Below are positions 55,871-64,000 of a stretch of 64,000 nt of DNA, in pieces. Source of the DNA: a virus (lineage: Duplodnaviria; Caudoviricetes); the IMG/VR virus record IMGVR_UViG_3300047561_001243, positions 1 through 64,000 of that record; one strand, given 5' to 3'. How positions within the stretch are numbered: position 1 is the stretch's first letter; every line of letters starts with the position of its first letter. The translations under genes were made by a program, and so were the position numbers. Below the pieces are notes generated by a model, which had not been told where the DNA came from, did not search any database, and saw only the letters and a program-made list of their open reading frames with translations.

Positions 55871-57898
55871 ATGATGACACTTTCTTTTAGATTGGCTGAT
55901 GATTTTATTTCTACCTATACTGGCAAGAAGGTTCCTTGGGGATACCAAGATGCCGCTGGTAATTCGGTAGGGGAGATTACTTTCCTTAGAACCTATAGCC
56001 GATTGAAAGAAGATGGAACCAAAGAAACTTGGGTAGATGTATGCCAGCGAGTAATCGAGGGTATGTATTCTATTCAGAAAGACCATTGTAAGACTAGCCG
56101 TCTTCCATGGAATGATTCAAAAGCTCAGGCTTCAGCCAAGGAAGCGTTTGACCGCTTGTTCAATTTAAAGTGGACACCACCTGGCCGAGGACTATGGGTA
56201 ATGGGAACCGCGCTCGTTAATGAGCAGAAGAACTCAGCAGCACTACAAAACTGTTCGTTTGTATCAACAGGCGACATGACCAAGGTCAATCCAGCTAAGC
56301 CGTTTGCTTTTCTCATGGAAGCATCCATGCTTGGAGTAGGGGTTGGCTTTGACGATAAAGGGGCAGACAAGGACTTCACAATTTATGAACCACAACCAGA
56401 CACAGCCCCCATCCTCATCCCCGACACCAGAGAGGGCTGGGTTGAATCAACAGCGACCCTCATCAATGCCTTCCTCAAGCCAGATTGCAAGGCTCCAGTA
56501 TTTGATTACAAAGAAATACGCCCAGCAGGCGTCCCAATCAAAACATTTGGTGGAACTGCCGCAGGGCCAGAACCGTTAATTAGACTACATGACTACATCC
56601 GTGGGATATTCAAGGGCCGCGCAGGACAAAAGCTTACCCGTGTAGATATCGCGGACATAGGAAACCTTATCGGTGTATGTGTAGTGTCAGGCAACGTTCG
56701 CCGTTCAGCAGAGTTGTTAATGGGTCGCTTAGATGACAAAGATTTCCTTAACCTCAAGAACAGCAAGGTATTCCCCGAGCGCAATTCCTACAGTAAGAAG
56801 GCCCCAGGCTGGGCATGGATGAGTAATAACTCTGTGTCTGTCAATGTAGGAGATGACATGAGCCATATTGTTGATGCTATTGCCCTCAATGGTGAGCCAG
56901 GAGTTATTTGGATGGATGTTACTAAGAAGTACGGACGTCTTATTGACCCTATCAACAATAAAGACCACCGCGCTTCAGGATACAACCCATGTGCAGAACA
57001 GAGCTTAGAATCCTATGAATGCTGCACGCTGGTCGAAACCTACCTAAACCGCCACGACAACCTTGAAGACTATAAGCGAACACTTAAGTTTGCCTACCTC
57101 TATGCCAAGACTGTTACCTTGCTTCCTACACATTGGGAAGAGACCAACGCAATCATGCAACGCAATCGCCGTATTGGTACCTCAATGTCAGGCATTGCAA
57201 ACTTTGCAGACCGAGTTGGCTTACCTGCTTTGCGTGAGTGGATGGATGGTGGATACAACACCGTACAGGCATACGACAAGACTTACTCAGAATGGCTAGG
57301 CATCCGTGAGTCAATCAAGACCACAACAGTAAAGCCATCAGGAACGGTATCAATCTTGGCTGGAGAATCCCCTGGAGTCCACTGGACAGTGGGGGGTCAG
57401 TTCTTCTTGCGAGCTATCCGTTTTGCTAACTCTGACCCAATGCTTCCGCTATTTAAAGCTGGTAACTATACTGTTGAGCCCGCCTCAGAATCACCTGAGA
57501 CAACTTCAGTTGTGTTCTTCCCAGTAGAGTCAATGGCTTTGCGTTCTGAGAAAGATGTTTCTATCTATGAGAAGGCCTCCCTTGCTGCAATGGCACAACG
57601 CCACTGGTCAGATAACTCCGTGTCAGTAACAGTATCTTTTGATGCAAAGAAAGAGAAAGAAGCAGTAGGCACAGTTCTTCACATGTTTGATGGACAACTT
57701 AAAACTGTTTCATTCCTACCTATGGGCAACGATGTTTATCCACAGATGCCATATACCCAGATAGATAAGGCTACCTTTGAGGAATATAAGTTAAAGCTTA
57801 TGACCCTTGATTTTACCGATGTCTATGCTGGTATGGCTGCTGATGCAATCGGTGAGAAGTATTGCTCAACTGATTTCTGTGAGGTTCCAAAAGCTTGA
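55871..57898 (+). CDS. nrdJ: Class II (adenosylcobalamin) monomeric ribonucleotide reductase
   Basis: RTYSR, PPGRGLW, GNVRRSA, NPCAEQ.L, KPSGTVS and DNSVS.T motifs; C-terminal CSTDFC; no beta-subunit gene adjacent. Confidence 0.92.
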   Translation: MMTLSFRLADDFISTYTGKKVPWGYQDAAGNSVGEITFLRTYSRLKEDGTKETWVDVCQRVIEGMYSIQKDHCKTSRLPWNDSKAQASAKEAFDRLFNLKWTPPGRGLWVMGTALVNEQKNSAALQNCSFVSTGDMTKVNPAKPFAFLMEASMLGVGVGFDDKGADKDFTIYEPQPDTAPILIPDTREGWVESTATLINAFLKPDCKAPVFDYKEIRPAGVPIKTFGGTAAGPEPLIRLHDYIRGIFKGRAGQKLTRVDIADIGNLIGVCVVSGNVRRSAELLMGRLDDKDFLNLKNSKVFPERNSYSKKAPGWAWMSNNSVSVNVGDDMSHIVDAIALNGEPGVIWMDVTKKYGRLIDPINNKDHRASGYNPCAEQSLESYECCTLVETYLNRHDNLEDYKRTLKFAYLYAKTVTLLPTHWEETNAIMQRNRRIGTSMSGIANFADRVGLPALREWMDGGYNTVQAYDKTYSEWLGIRESIKTTTVKPSGTVSILAGESPGVHWTVGGQFFLRAIRFANSDPMLPLFKAGNYTVEPASESPETTSVVFFPVESMALRSEKDVSIYEKASLAAMAQRHWSDNSVSVTVSFDAKKEKEAVGTVLHMFDGQLKTVSFLPMGNDVYPQMPYTQIDKATFEEYKLKLMTLDFTDVYAGMAADAIGEKYCSTDFCEVPKA

Positions 57899-58461
57899 TT
57901 TATCCAAACTCTAACAGTGAAGCTGGTCAGGAATCATTTGTTCTGACCAGCCTTCACGGTAAGCGCAATGGTTTCTACGTTGAAGTAGGAGCCTTTCATT
58001 CTAAGATAACTAGTAATACTTACTTGCTAGAAAAAGAATTTGATTGGAAAGGGGTTGCATTTGAAATTCTCCCCGACTGCGTTGCTGAATACAATGCCAA
58101 TCGTGGTAACCCATGTATTGAAACAGACGCCACAACTTTTAATTACTTAGCGTATTTTCAAGCTAACAACGTCCCAAAGCGTATAGACTATTTGCAATTA
58201 GATATTGAGCCAGCAAGTAATACCCTTCTAGCACTAAAACAATTGCCTTTGCAAGACTACCGTTTTAATGTAATAACTTTTGAACATGACCTTTACTACT
58301 CTCCCAACAACCTTGCCATCAAAGTAGAGCAACAAGAAATACTAAAAAGTTATGGATACAAACTTGCTGCCGATAATGTTCAAGTAATAGTTGCTGGTTA
58401 CCCGCCTAGGGAATTTGAAGACTGGTGGCTTGACCCTACCTACAATAATTACAGTAGTTAG
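57895..58461 (+). CDS. FkbM-family methyltransferase
   Basis: SEAGQE, GFYVEVGA, SNTY.LE..F.WKG, IDYLQLDIE, ITFEHD and FEDWW motifs. Confidence 0.85.
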   Translation: MIYPNSNSEAGQESFVLTSLHGKRNGFYVEVGAFHSKITSNTYLLEKEFDWKGVAFEILPDCVAEYNANRGNPCIETDATTFNYLAYFQANNVPKRIDYLQLDIEPASNTLLALKQLPLQDYRFNVITFEHDLYYSPNNLAIKVEQQEILKSYGYKLAADNVQVIVAGYPPREFEDWWLDPTYNNYSS

Positions 58462-58591
58462 GGACTCTTAAATTATCAGGATGGGTAATATATAATTTAC
58501 CGCAATGATAACAAAGCACTTGCACGGTAGAGCTATCTCCCCACTGCATTTCTGCAAAATACATGGGCCAACGAAACTTAATTTTTCTCAT
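58436..58591 (-). CDS. 51-aa zinc-ribbon-like protein (below the ORF-track cutoff)
   Basis: MRKIKFRW...LCYHCG...NYCNYCR; ATGA overlap with the upstream - strand gene. Confidence 0.5.
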   Translation of the reverse strand: MRKIKFRWPMYFAEMQWGDSSTVQVLCYHCGKLYITHPDNLRVPNYCNYCR

Positions 58592-59289
58592 TTATAAATT
58601 TTCCTTTGTCTTCGTGAGGAGTAATGACCCCAAAACACTGTAGATAATCTTGCTTTATCATTCATAATCTTTTCTTCTTCTTCTCCGCCAATAACAATAG
58701 ATTTCCAATTGTCTCGCTTGACTGGAAACACTTGAAACATGGCAGTTCCTTTAGGGATAATGCCAGTGAAATCTTCTCTAATCATAAACGGTGCATTAGC
58801 ATCTGTTTTTAATATGTCTGTATCAACATAGCCAGTCAATGTCTGTATAGGTAAATCAGGATGTCCGTATGGGTGAGTGAACACTGAGGAATATCCTTTT
58901 GGAGTTCTTATAATCCAACCATGTTGAAACTTAAATACTTGTTTTGCAAACCCTGGAGGAAAATCAAAATGAGAAATTTGAGCAACATCCCACTCCGCCC
59001 AGATATTTGCTTCTTCTGGCATGTTCATAGTTTGCAATATCTTTTTTCCATTTGGCCCATCGGTTACCATAATGTCTGCCCAAAGCTCCACTATGTAACC
59101 TAACGCATAAGAATCAAAGATTGGAGCACACGACTTCACCGTTGCAACAGGATGTTTCAATCCTTCAAGGTTTGCATACTTACTTATACTCTTATAGTTC
59201 TCATTCATTACTTTGATGGCAGACTTGGGTTTGTGCGCTACCGCACCAATGTATTTGTTGGTAGCACTAAAAATTATCTTTTTGTACAT
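58588..59289 (-). CDS. dUTPase-like beta-clip hypothetical protein
   Basis: TVKSC....D....GY, W.I.TP.GYS..F.HP, G.VDTD and IPKGT...Q..P.KR..W patterns. Confidence 0.55.
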   Translation of the reverse strand: MYKKIIFSATNKYIGAVAHKPKSAIKVMNENYKSISKYANLEGLKHPVATVKSCAPIFDSYALGYIVELWADIMVTDGPNGKKILQTMNMPEEANIWAEWDVAQISHFDFPPGFAKQVFKFQHGWIIRTPKGYSSVFTHPYGHPDLPIQTLTGYVDTDILKTDANAPFMIREDFTGIIPKGTAMFQVFPVKRDNWKSIVIGGEEEEKIMNDKARLSTVFWGHYSSRRQRKIYK

Positions 59290-59636
59290 TCTCTTTTACC
59301 CAATCTTCTAGCCAATCAACTAAGTCTTCTACCTCAACACTTTTGCCAAACTCTTCAACCAAGTCCCCGTATAGATAATCATCAATTACATATACAGGCA
59401 AGCTATTAATCGTCATCGAAGTCATCATCATCATCTATCCATTCATCAGGGTCTACACTGGGGCTTGGATTGCCCCAATCGGGGTTGGGAACAATAGGTT
59501 CAAACCCGCTCATCAAAACCCCTCAGTCTCCTGTTTTCTCGTTGAAGGTAGACATTCTCTCTCCAAAACAAGCACATGACAGTTACAGAGCCACCAAGGG
59601 CTATAAGAATAGCCAGCAGGTCACCAGTTGTAAGTA

Positions 59637-59888
59637 TCATGCGTCTACTCTTACCTCTGAGTAACCAGTAACAGTGTTGTTATCTTCCGTTACTTCCCAC
59701 TTAGGGCGCTTGGCAGATAGCAATACGGCTTTCTTCTTTGCCTTTGGTAGCGACTTCCATGCTGATTTGTGCGCCACAAAAATACTGCCTTCGGCATCTT
59801 TCTGAGTAAAGCTTAGAAGCCATGCACCACCGTCTTCAAGGTTCTTGTCGATAATGATGTGATTGAACATAGATTTCTTTCTAGCCAT
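59637..59888 (-). CDS. Small basic hypothetical protein
   Basis: GAGGAG RBS. Confidence 0.6.
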   Translation of the reverse strand: MARKKSMFNHIIIDKNLEDGGAWLLSFTQKDAEGSIFVAHKSAWKSLPKAKKKAVLLSAKRPKWEVTEDNNTVTGYSEVRVDA

Positions 59889-59892
59889 TGTA

Positions 59893-60123
59893 TTACTCCT
59901 CTATTTGGTTTCCGTTTTCGTCTTGGTAAGTAACATAGTTATCGCTTCCAAAGTCCTCAATAACCCAGTCTTGAATAAACTCTAATACATCCTTTATCGT
60001 TGGTTCGCTTTCAGGTTCCCACGCTATCATTTCTTGAACGATTTGTTCAACATCGTATGATACTACGCGCATGACATTTATTTCTTTAGGCAACGCGGTT
60101 TGGGTTGGTTCTATCTGTGCCAT
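59893..60123 (-). CDS. Small acidic hypothetical protein
   Basis: GGGGA RBS; operon packing. Confidence 0.6.
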   Translation of the reverse strand: MAQIEPTQTALPKEINVMRVVSYDVEQIVQEMIAWEPESEPTIKDVLEFIQDWVIEDFGSDNYVTYQDENGNQIEE

Positions 60124-60269
60124 GGCGCTTCCCCACTTTCGATTACCTGTTTTGCTATGTCATTGACCGTTGGTTCAGGCACATCTTCTTTGCACTTGTG
60201 ATGGTTGTCGATACCTGTTTCGATAAGGTCTCCACACCAACTGCACAATGGTATTTCTCTAATTGTCAT
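60111..60269 (-). CDS. Small Cys/His protein
   Basis: Start moved to MTIREIPLCSWCG...HHKC. Confidence 0.45.
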   Translation of the reverse strand: MTIREIPLCSWCGDLIETGIDNHHKCKEDVPEPTVNDIAKQVIESGEAPWHR

Positions 60270-60381
60270 CGTTGCTCTCCATGTCATCGTTGCTCTCTTT
60301 GAAGTCGTCCTTGCATGAAGCACACCATTTACCTTCGGCATACTCCTTCTCGTTGCTCTCACATATTTCGCATAGTTCCAT
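60259..60381 (-). CDS. 40-aa zinc-ribbon-like protein
   Basis: MELCEICES...WCASCK; TGATG coupling. Confidence 0.45.
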   Translation of the reverse strand: MELCEICESNEKEYAEGKWCASCKDDFKESNDDMESNDDN

Positions 60382-61043
60382 CACGCACCAGCTTTCTCAG
60401 TATTGTTATCTACCGCTTTGGCTTCTTCTTCGCAGTTTGGACATCCATACTCATCACTATTCCAATCATCTTTAGGATAAGTGGCAAAATCAGTATCACA
60501 CTGATTACAGCGCATTTCATAGAAGCGGATAGTTTCGCTCGTTCCTGCTTTGTAGACTTCTTCCCCACCCCAGCCACCTTCCTCTTCATAATCGTTGTTG
60601 ATAACTACATTGGGATACTGTCGTGATAGTTCTAGCAACACTTGGTAAGGCTGACCCCACGCAGTATCGAATCGGTAATAGAGACGGTTATCTTCCTCAT
60701 CTTGTAGCGATGTATCTGAGTCACCAGTGTTATCAGGACGGGCAACATCCCATTTAGTTCCCCAGTTGCGAACATTCCAGTTATACCAGTTGTTCTCTAC
60801 CTGCATACCAGCACTGTCACAGACTGAATCGTAATCATCGAGGATTGAATCATCGGGTTTGATGATGTTCCAAAACGCGAACACAGGACTGTTATAGGTT
60901 GATACTACTTTCTCATCTTGCTTTGTTTCCATGTTCCAACGCATATGAGTCCTGCTAAATGGTTGGTTGAGTTGTGCTTTTATCTTTGCAATATCTTCGG
61001 GACTTCCGTCGATATTGACTCCATTGAATACCCAGTTAGGCAT
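60381..61043 (-). CDS. DUF1281/YubB ferredoxin-like domain protein
   Basis: MPNW..N, WYNWN..NWGTKWD, FDTAW..P and YEEEG motifs; C-terminal CxxC pair. Confidence 0.75.
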   Translation of the reverse strand: MPNWVFNGVNIDGSPEDIAKIKAQLNQPFSRTHMRWNMETKQDEKVVSTYNSPVFAFWNIIKPDDSILDDYDSVCDSAGMQVENNWYNWNVRNWGTKWDVARPDNTGDSDTSLQDEEDNRLYYRFDTAWGQPYQVLLELSRQYPNVVINNDYEEEGGWGGEEVYKAGTSETIRFYEMRCNQCDTDFATYPKDDWNSDEYGCPNCEEEAKAVDNNTEKAGA

Positions 61044-61081
61044 TTGTTTCCCCTTTTCTTTTGTCCGTTCCTTGTTTAGAT

Positions 61082-61125
61082 ATTCTTGCTAGGGGCAGGA
61101 AAGGACGGAATCCCCTAGCAAGAAT
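61082..61125 (-). promoter_or_regulatory. 14-bp perfect hairpin with an anti-RBS loop
   Basis: ATTCTTGCTAGGGG/CCCCTAGCAAGAAT; loop on the - strand reads ATTCCGTCCTTTCCTG. Confidence 0.6.
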
Positions 61126-61292
61126 CTTTGTTATCTATATAGATAAAGCTTTCTCGTTGTTGATGTATTCGCATGTCTCGCATTGAAAGGGTGCGCCATT
61201 TTTTATTGGTTCTTTCCAACGCTCTCCACAATCAGCACATGCATACTGGTATGGATAGCAGACTAGGCAGGTATCTGCACCACAGCCGTAAG

Positions 61293-61505
61293 TCATCTCT
61301 CACCTCTTATGTGCATAATGCGGTCAATCTCTGTATAAACAAACGAGTAACCGTCTAGCAATCCTTCTAAGTAATGAAAGTTTGAGTCAGCCCCGTCGCC
61401 GTCATCTATTGCGCACTGCGCTTGATACATTCGGTTCTTCATCTCTCCATAGATAAGCGCAAGGGTAGAGATATCTGTATTGGTAATGAGGTCGTTGTTT
61501 ATCAT
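61293..61505 (-). CDS. Small hypothetical protein
   Basis: GAGGTGG RBS; - strand operon. Confidence 0.55.
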   Translation of the reverse strand: MINNDLITNTDISTLALIYGEMKNRMYQAQCAIDDGDGADSNFHYLEGLLDGYSFVYTEIDRIMHIRGER

Positions 61506-61626
61506 GCAACCACCTCTTCGCTAATCCATTTACAGACTTCTCCTTCATAGATATCTACATCAGTAAGGTTGGCAATCGCTTTGAGCCATTGGTCATCAAC
61601 CTCCATAACAATACGGTGAACAGTCA

Positions 61627-61896
61627 TTACTTTCCCCCTTCATACTCTCGTTGGATATCTACATAGGTATCTTTGTCATCTAAAAGCATTTCTACAAAGT
61701 CCACAATGACATCAGGGACATTGGTAGCAGGATAGGCTTTCTCATCTGTCATCAAGTAATACTCAGTCGCTTCGAGTTCGCTAACTATATTGTTACCGTC
61801 CTCATACTCTTCGTATTCACCTTGTAGCAAGATTCTCCACTCATGTCCAAGGTCGTCCTTAGTCCAGTAATACATCGCTGGCTTGGTATCAGTCAT
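61627..61896 (-). CDS. Small acidic hypothetical protein
   Basis: GGGAGGGAAGG RBS. Confidence 0.6.
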   Translation of the reverse strand: MTDTKPAMYYWTKDDLGHEWRILLQGEYEEYEDGNNIVSELEATEYYLMTDEKAYPATNVPDVIVDFVEMLLDDKDTYVDIQREYEGGK

Positions 61897-62065
61897 TACC
61901 TTCCCTCCCAGTATCTAACTATCGTGGTAAGTGTGGTGTGTAGGTGGCAGTCACAATCATCTGAGGACTCCCAATGCCCGTCAAAGTGTTCGAGGTTATC
62001 TTCATAGATAAGGGTGACGAGTTCATCTATTGTGTAAGGCTTATAGTTATCCAGCTTGGTATCGG

Positions 62066-62269
62066 TCATTCTTCACTCGCCATAATCATTTGACCGCAAC
62101 GCTGGCAGTAATGGAACGCACCGCCCCAGTCGTCGCGTGGGTTTCCCATGTCGTCGTGGCAAGGTTCGCCTTTAGAGTTGCACGCATAAAAGCCGTCCAT
62201 GTGTGGTTGATTACCGCACAGGCAAACTATGTCCTCTTTTGCTTCTTGGAATATCAGTGCTGTTATCAT
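62066..62269 (-). CDS. Small Cys-rich protein
   Basis: CLCGN.P..DGFY.C...YCQRCG; ATGA coupling. Confidence 0.6.
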   Translation of the reverse strand: MITALIFQEAKEDIVCLCGNQPHMDGFYACNSKGEPCHDDMGNPRDDWGGAFHYCQRCGQMIMASEE

Positions 62270-62529
62270 TCGGCGCTTTCCAATACTGGTAACGAGTGAG
62301 TAATTCCCTGTGTATGGAAGTAGTAAGTAAGGCGGTCAAGTGCCTCATCTAAATCTTGGCGTATTTCGTGGTAGTCCATACCTAGTTTGCCATAGTCCAC
62401 AGAAGAAGCATTGGCACGCAGGAAGGCTAAATCACTGCCACAAGTGACGAGGGTGTCAAGGATTTCAACAGCCTCAGTTTGCCCGTCTAGGTAAGCACGG
62501 CAGAGAAAGGCGTATTTGGCGTCGCTCAT
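62266..62529 (-). CDS. Small hypothetical protein
   Basis: ATGA coupling on both sides. Confidence 0.6.
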   Translation of the reverse strand: MSDAKYAFLCRAYLDGQTEAVEILDTLVTCGSDLAFLRANASSVDYGKLGMDYHEIRQDLDEALDRLTYYFHTQGITHSLPVLESAE

Positions 62530-62954
62530 GCCTGTCCTGCTAACTTCTGACAGTATGTCAGGATAGATAAACAGGCTGACTGGTAGAGCGAGAAGAGATA
62601 GCCGTCGATAGGAATGAAGAGGTAATCAGGCTGGGTATCTTGTTCAGCCTTGACCTCGCAAAACTGGTGGGCTTCCTCCATGAGGTCACTACTTGCCCAT
62701 GCGGTGAAGCGTGTCATGGCTTCCCATTTTTCTTTGTAATAAGGGAAGTTGCTATCAGGATTGCTAACTTGCTCGAATGTGTCAGTGCAGTCTTCCATGG
62801 CAAGAATGTCGTCATGGTCGGATAACTGTCTTGCTACATCTGCCACAACCTCAGCCCAATGGGTGATGTTGTTAGGTCGCTCGGCGTTGATGTCGTCGGG
62901 TAGAGTCATGGTGTTGCTTTTTGCTAGTTCTAGTAATACCGCTTTGGTATCCAT
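62526..62954 (-). CDS. First gene of the - strand operon; acidic helical hypothetical protein
   Basis: RBS GGAAAGGACGGAA-CAC-ATG; promoter just upstream. Confidence 0.65.
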   Translation of the reverse strand: MDTKAVLLELAKSNTMTLPDDINAERPNNITHWAEVVADVARQLSDHDDILAMEDCTDTFEQVSNPDSNFPYYKEKWEAMTRFTAWASSDLMEEAHQFCEVKAEQDTQPDYLFIPIDGYLFSLYQSACLSILTYCQKLAGQA

Positions 62955-62985
62955 GTGTTCCGTCCTTTCCAAGGTCGTTGAGAGC

Positions 62986-63014
62986 AAACTACTCCCCTGT
63001 CAAGCCGAAAGCAA
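62986..63014 (-). promoter_or_regulatory. Probable early promoter
   Basis: TTGCTT-17 nt-TAGTTT on the - strand, about 30 nt before the ATG at 62954. Confidence 0.55.
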
Positions 63015-63609
63015 CCCGATTAGCCCCTTTTCTCACTTTGTTATCAAATCGTTATAAAGCTTGAATACCTACATAGGCAACCTGCCCCCCGTAAAAATCG
63101 GGCGCAAAAGCCAATTTCACCTGTTTATTCCCTGTGTAGAGAGAGAGTAAGAGAGAGAGATAGAAAGATAATCGTCCCTCTCCTGCCAGCCTCTCTATGC
63201 CCCTGTGAAGGCTTGCCAGTGGCATGCAGTATCTCTCTAGGCATGGTGTGGCTACCTGTATAGGTATGGCTCTCCTATCAGATAGCAGGACGGGGCAGGG
63301 GTCAGCCAATCGGGCCGTCCCCCTACTGCCCCCCTGCCGTGTGCATGCAGTAGCCAAGTGGCTTTATCTCTTAGTCTCTTTATCTCTTTGTCGACAATTG
63401 CTAGTGCTTAGCCGCCTTGCTAACTCTTGGCAGAGGTGGCCCATGCCCGCACTGGCAACCTCTGGCCAGTCGTGGCCTGTGATAGCAGCACGGCTAAGGG
63501 CGCCGAATCTCTTCGAGATAGCAGGATAGGTAAGTGCTGGCTCTCAAATCTCTCTACCACACTGGCATCCACAAGTCAATAGGCTAGTGATAACTCTTTG
63601 GTAACAAAG

Positions 63610-63642
63610 TTATCCACAGGCTGTGGATAAACCTGTGGAAAA
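63610..63642. promoter_or_regulatory. Cluster of three DnaA boxes
   Basis: TTATCCACA (63610-18), TGTGGATAA (63622-30) and TGTGGAAAA (63634-42) all fit TTWTNCACA. Confidence 0.7.
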
Positions 63643-63723
63643 GTTTGGGTTGGGCTTTGATTGGGATAGCAGGGAGGAGCCCTTAGCTATCATTAGCAAT
63701 ATTAATCAAAGCCCAACCCAAAC
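63643..63723. repeat. 20-bp perfect inverted repeat enclosing a nested hairpin
   Basis: GTTTGGGTTGGGCTTTGATT (63643-62) / AATCAAAGCCCAACCCAAAC (63704-23). Confidence 0.85.
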
Positions 63724-63771
63724 AATCGGCTCATCTCATGCCAATACCAATACTGGTAAGCATGAAGGCAC

Positions 63772-63810
63772 AAAAAAATGGGGACCAGCCAGGTGGCCAG
63801 TCCCCATTTT
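63772..63810 (-). terminator. Intrinsic terminator for the - strand gene at the window end
   Basis: 11-bp stem AAAATGGGGAC/GTCCCCATTTT; run of 7 T on the - strand. Confidence 0.75.
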
Positions 63811-63830
63811 CAAGCTAGGAGCGAAAGGGA

Positions 63831-64000
63831 TTAACTCTCGTCGCTTATAGTCCGCAGCTCGTTGCCAAGCGTGCGAAATTCTTCTGCTTCATACAGCATA
63901 ACCGTACGGTCTTCTTCATCCAACAGGTCATATATTAATGATGACTGCGCGATGTCGACTACTTCCTTGGCCAGGCTCATGAATCTATTCATGAACACAG
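63831..64000 (-). CDS. Acidic hypothetical protein, probably 5'-truncated by the window edge
   Basis: Open frame ...MNRFMSLAKEVVDIAQSS...LRTISDES-stop, followed by a terminator. Confidence 0.5.
   Translation of the reverse strand, partial: VFMNRFMSLAKEVVDIAQSSLIYDLLDEEDRTVMLYEAEEFRTLGNELRTISDES

Noticed and set aside
34283-57898. Inteins or introns in dnaB, polA, recA or nrdJ
   Set aside because: All four have ordinary lengths and uninterrupted motif order.
60264-60297. 16-nt direct repeat TGTCATCGTTGCTCTC
   Set aside because: A small in-frame duplication (ESNDD twice) at a gene overlap; no sign of function.
63052-63850. ORFs 63052..63357, 63224..63529 and 63623..63850
   Set aside because: No RBS, atypical composition, and overlap with repeats, DnaA boxes and a terminator; probably non-coding.
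58400-64000. tRNA genes
   Set aside because: No cloverleaf with T-loop and D-loop consensus was recognised by eye; tRNAscan-SE or ARAGORN would settle it.

Overview
This window is 64 kb of a large contractile-tailed (myovirus-type) dsDNA phage. The host is most likely a low-GC actinobacterium: it encodes WhiB, has TANNNT/leaderless-type starts, and its GC looks to be in the low-to-mid 40s% by eye. Left to right on the + strand: (1) 1-12.6 kb, a fibre/adhesin cluster with Gln-rich collagen-like proteins, LamG-like and fibrinogen-like tip proteins and a 1383-aa fibre; (2) 12.7-16.9 kb, a beta-propeller and TPR pair, neck proteins and small basic proteins; (3) 16.9-31 kb, tail sheath, tube, chaperone, tape measure with NlpC/P60 and baseplate; (4) 31.3-47.5 kb, replication and recombination (initiator-like, DnaC-like, DnaB, primase, dNMP kinase, SNF2, SSB, family A polymerase, RecA, two resolvases, WhiB, Cas4-like nuclease); (5) 48.5-58.5 kb, SpoVS, a run of small basic proteins, a nucleotidyltransferase/HAD-like/TGT-like operon, class II RNR and an FkbM methyltransferase. 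From 58.4 to 63 kb small, probably early genes run on the - strand. A mostly non-coding control region at 63-63.8 kb carries DnaA boxes and long inverted repeats. No capsid, portal, terminase, integrase, tRNA or CRISPR array was recognised. The most notable signals are: hairpins with anti-Shine-Dalgarno loops (a kissing loop on the polA RBS and a 13-nt match to the RBS of the first early gene); an oriC-like DnaA/MtrA-type box cluster; an operon in which the HAD and TGT folds appear to have lost catalytic Asp residues; a candidate UUU_CGA +1 frameshift in the tail chaperone; and paired fibre-adhesin cassettes. All functional calls come from motif recognition by eye; no searches were run.
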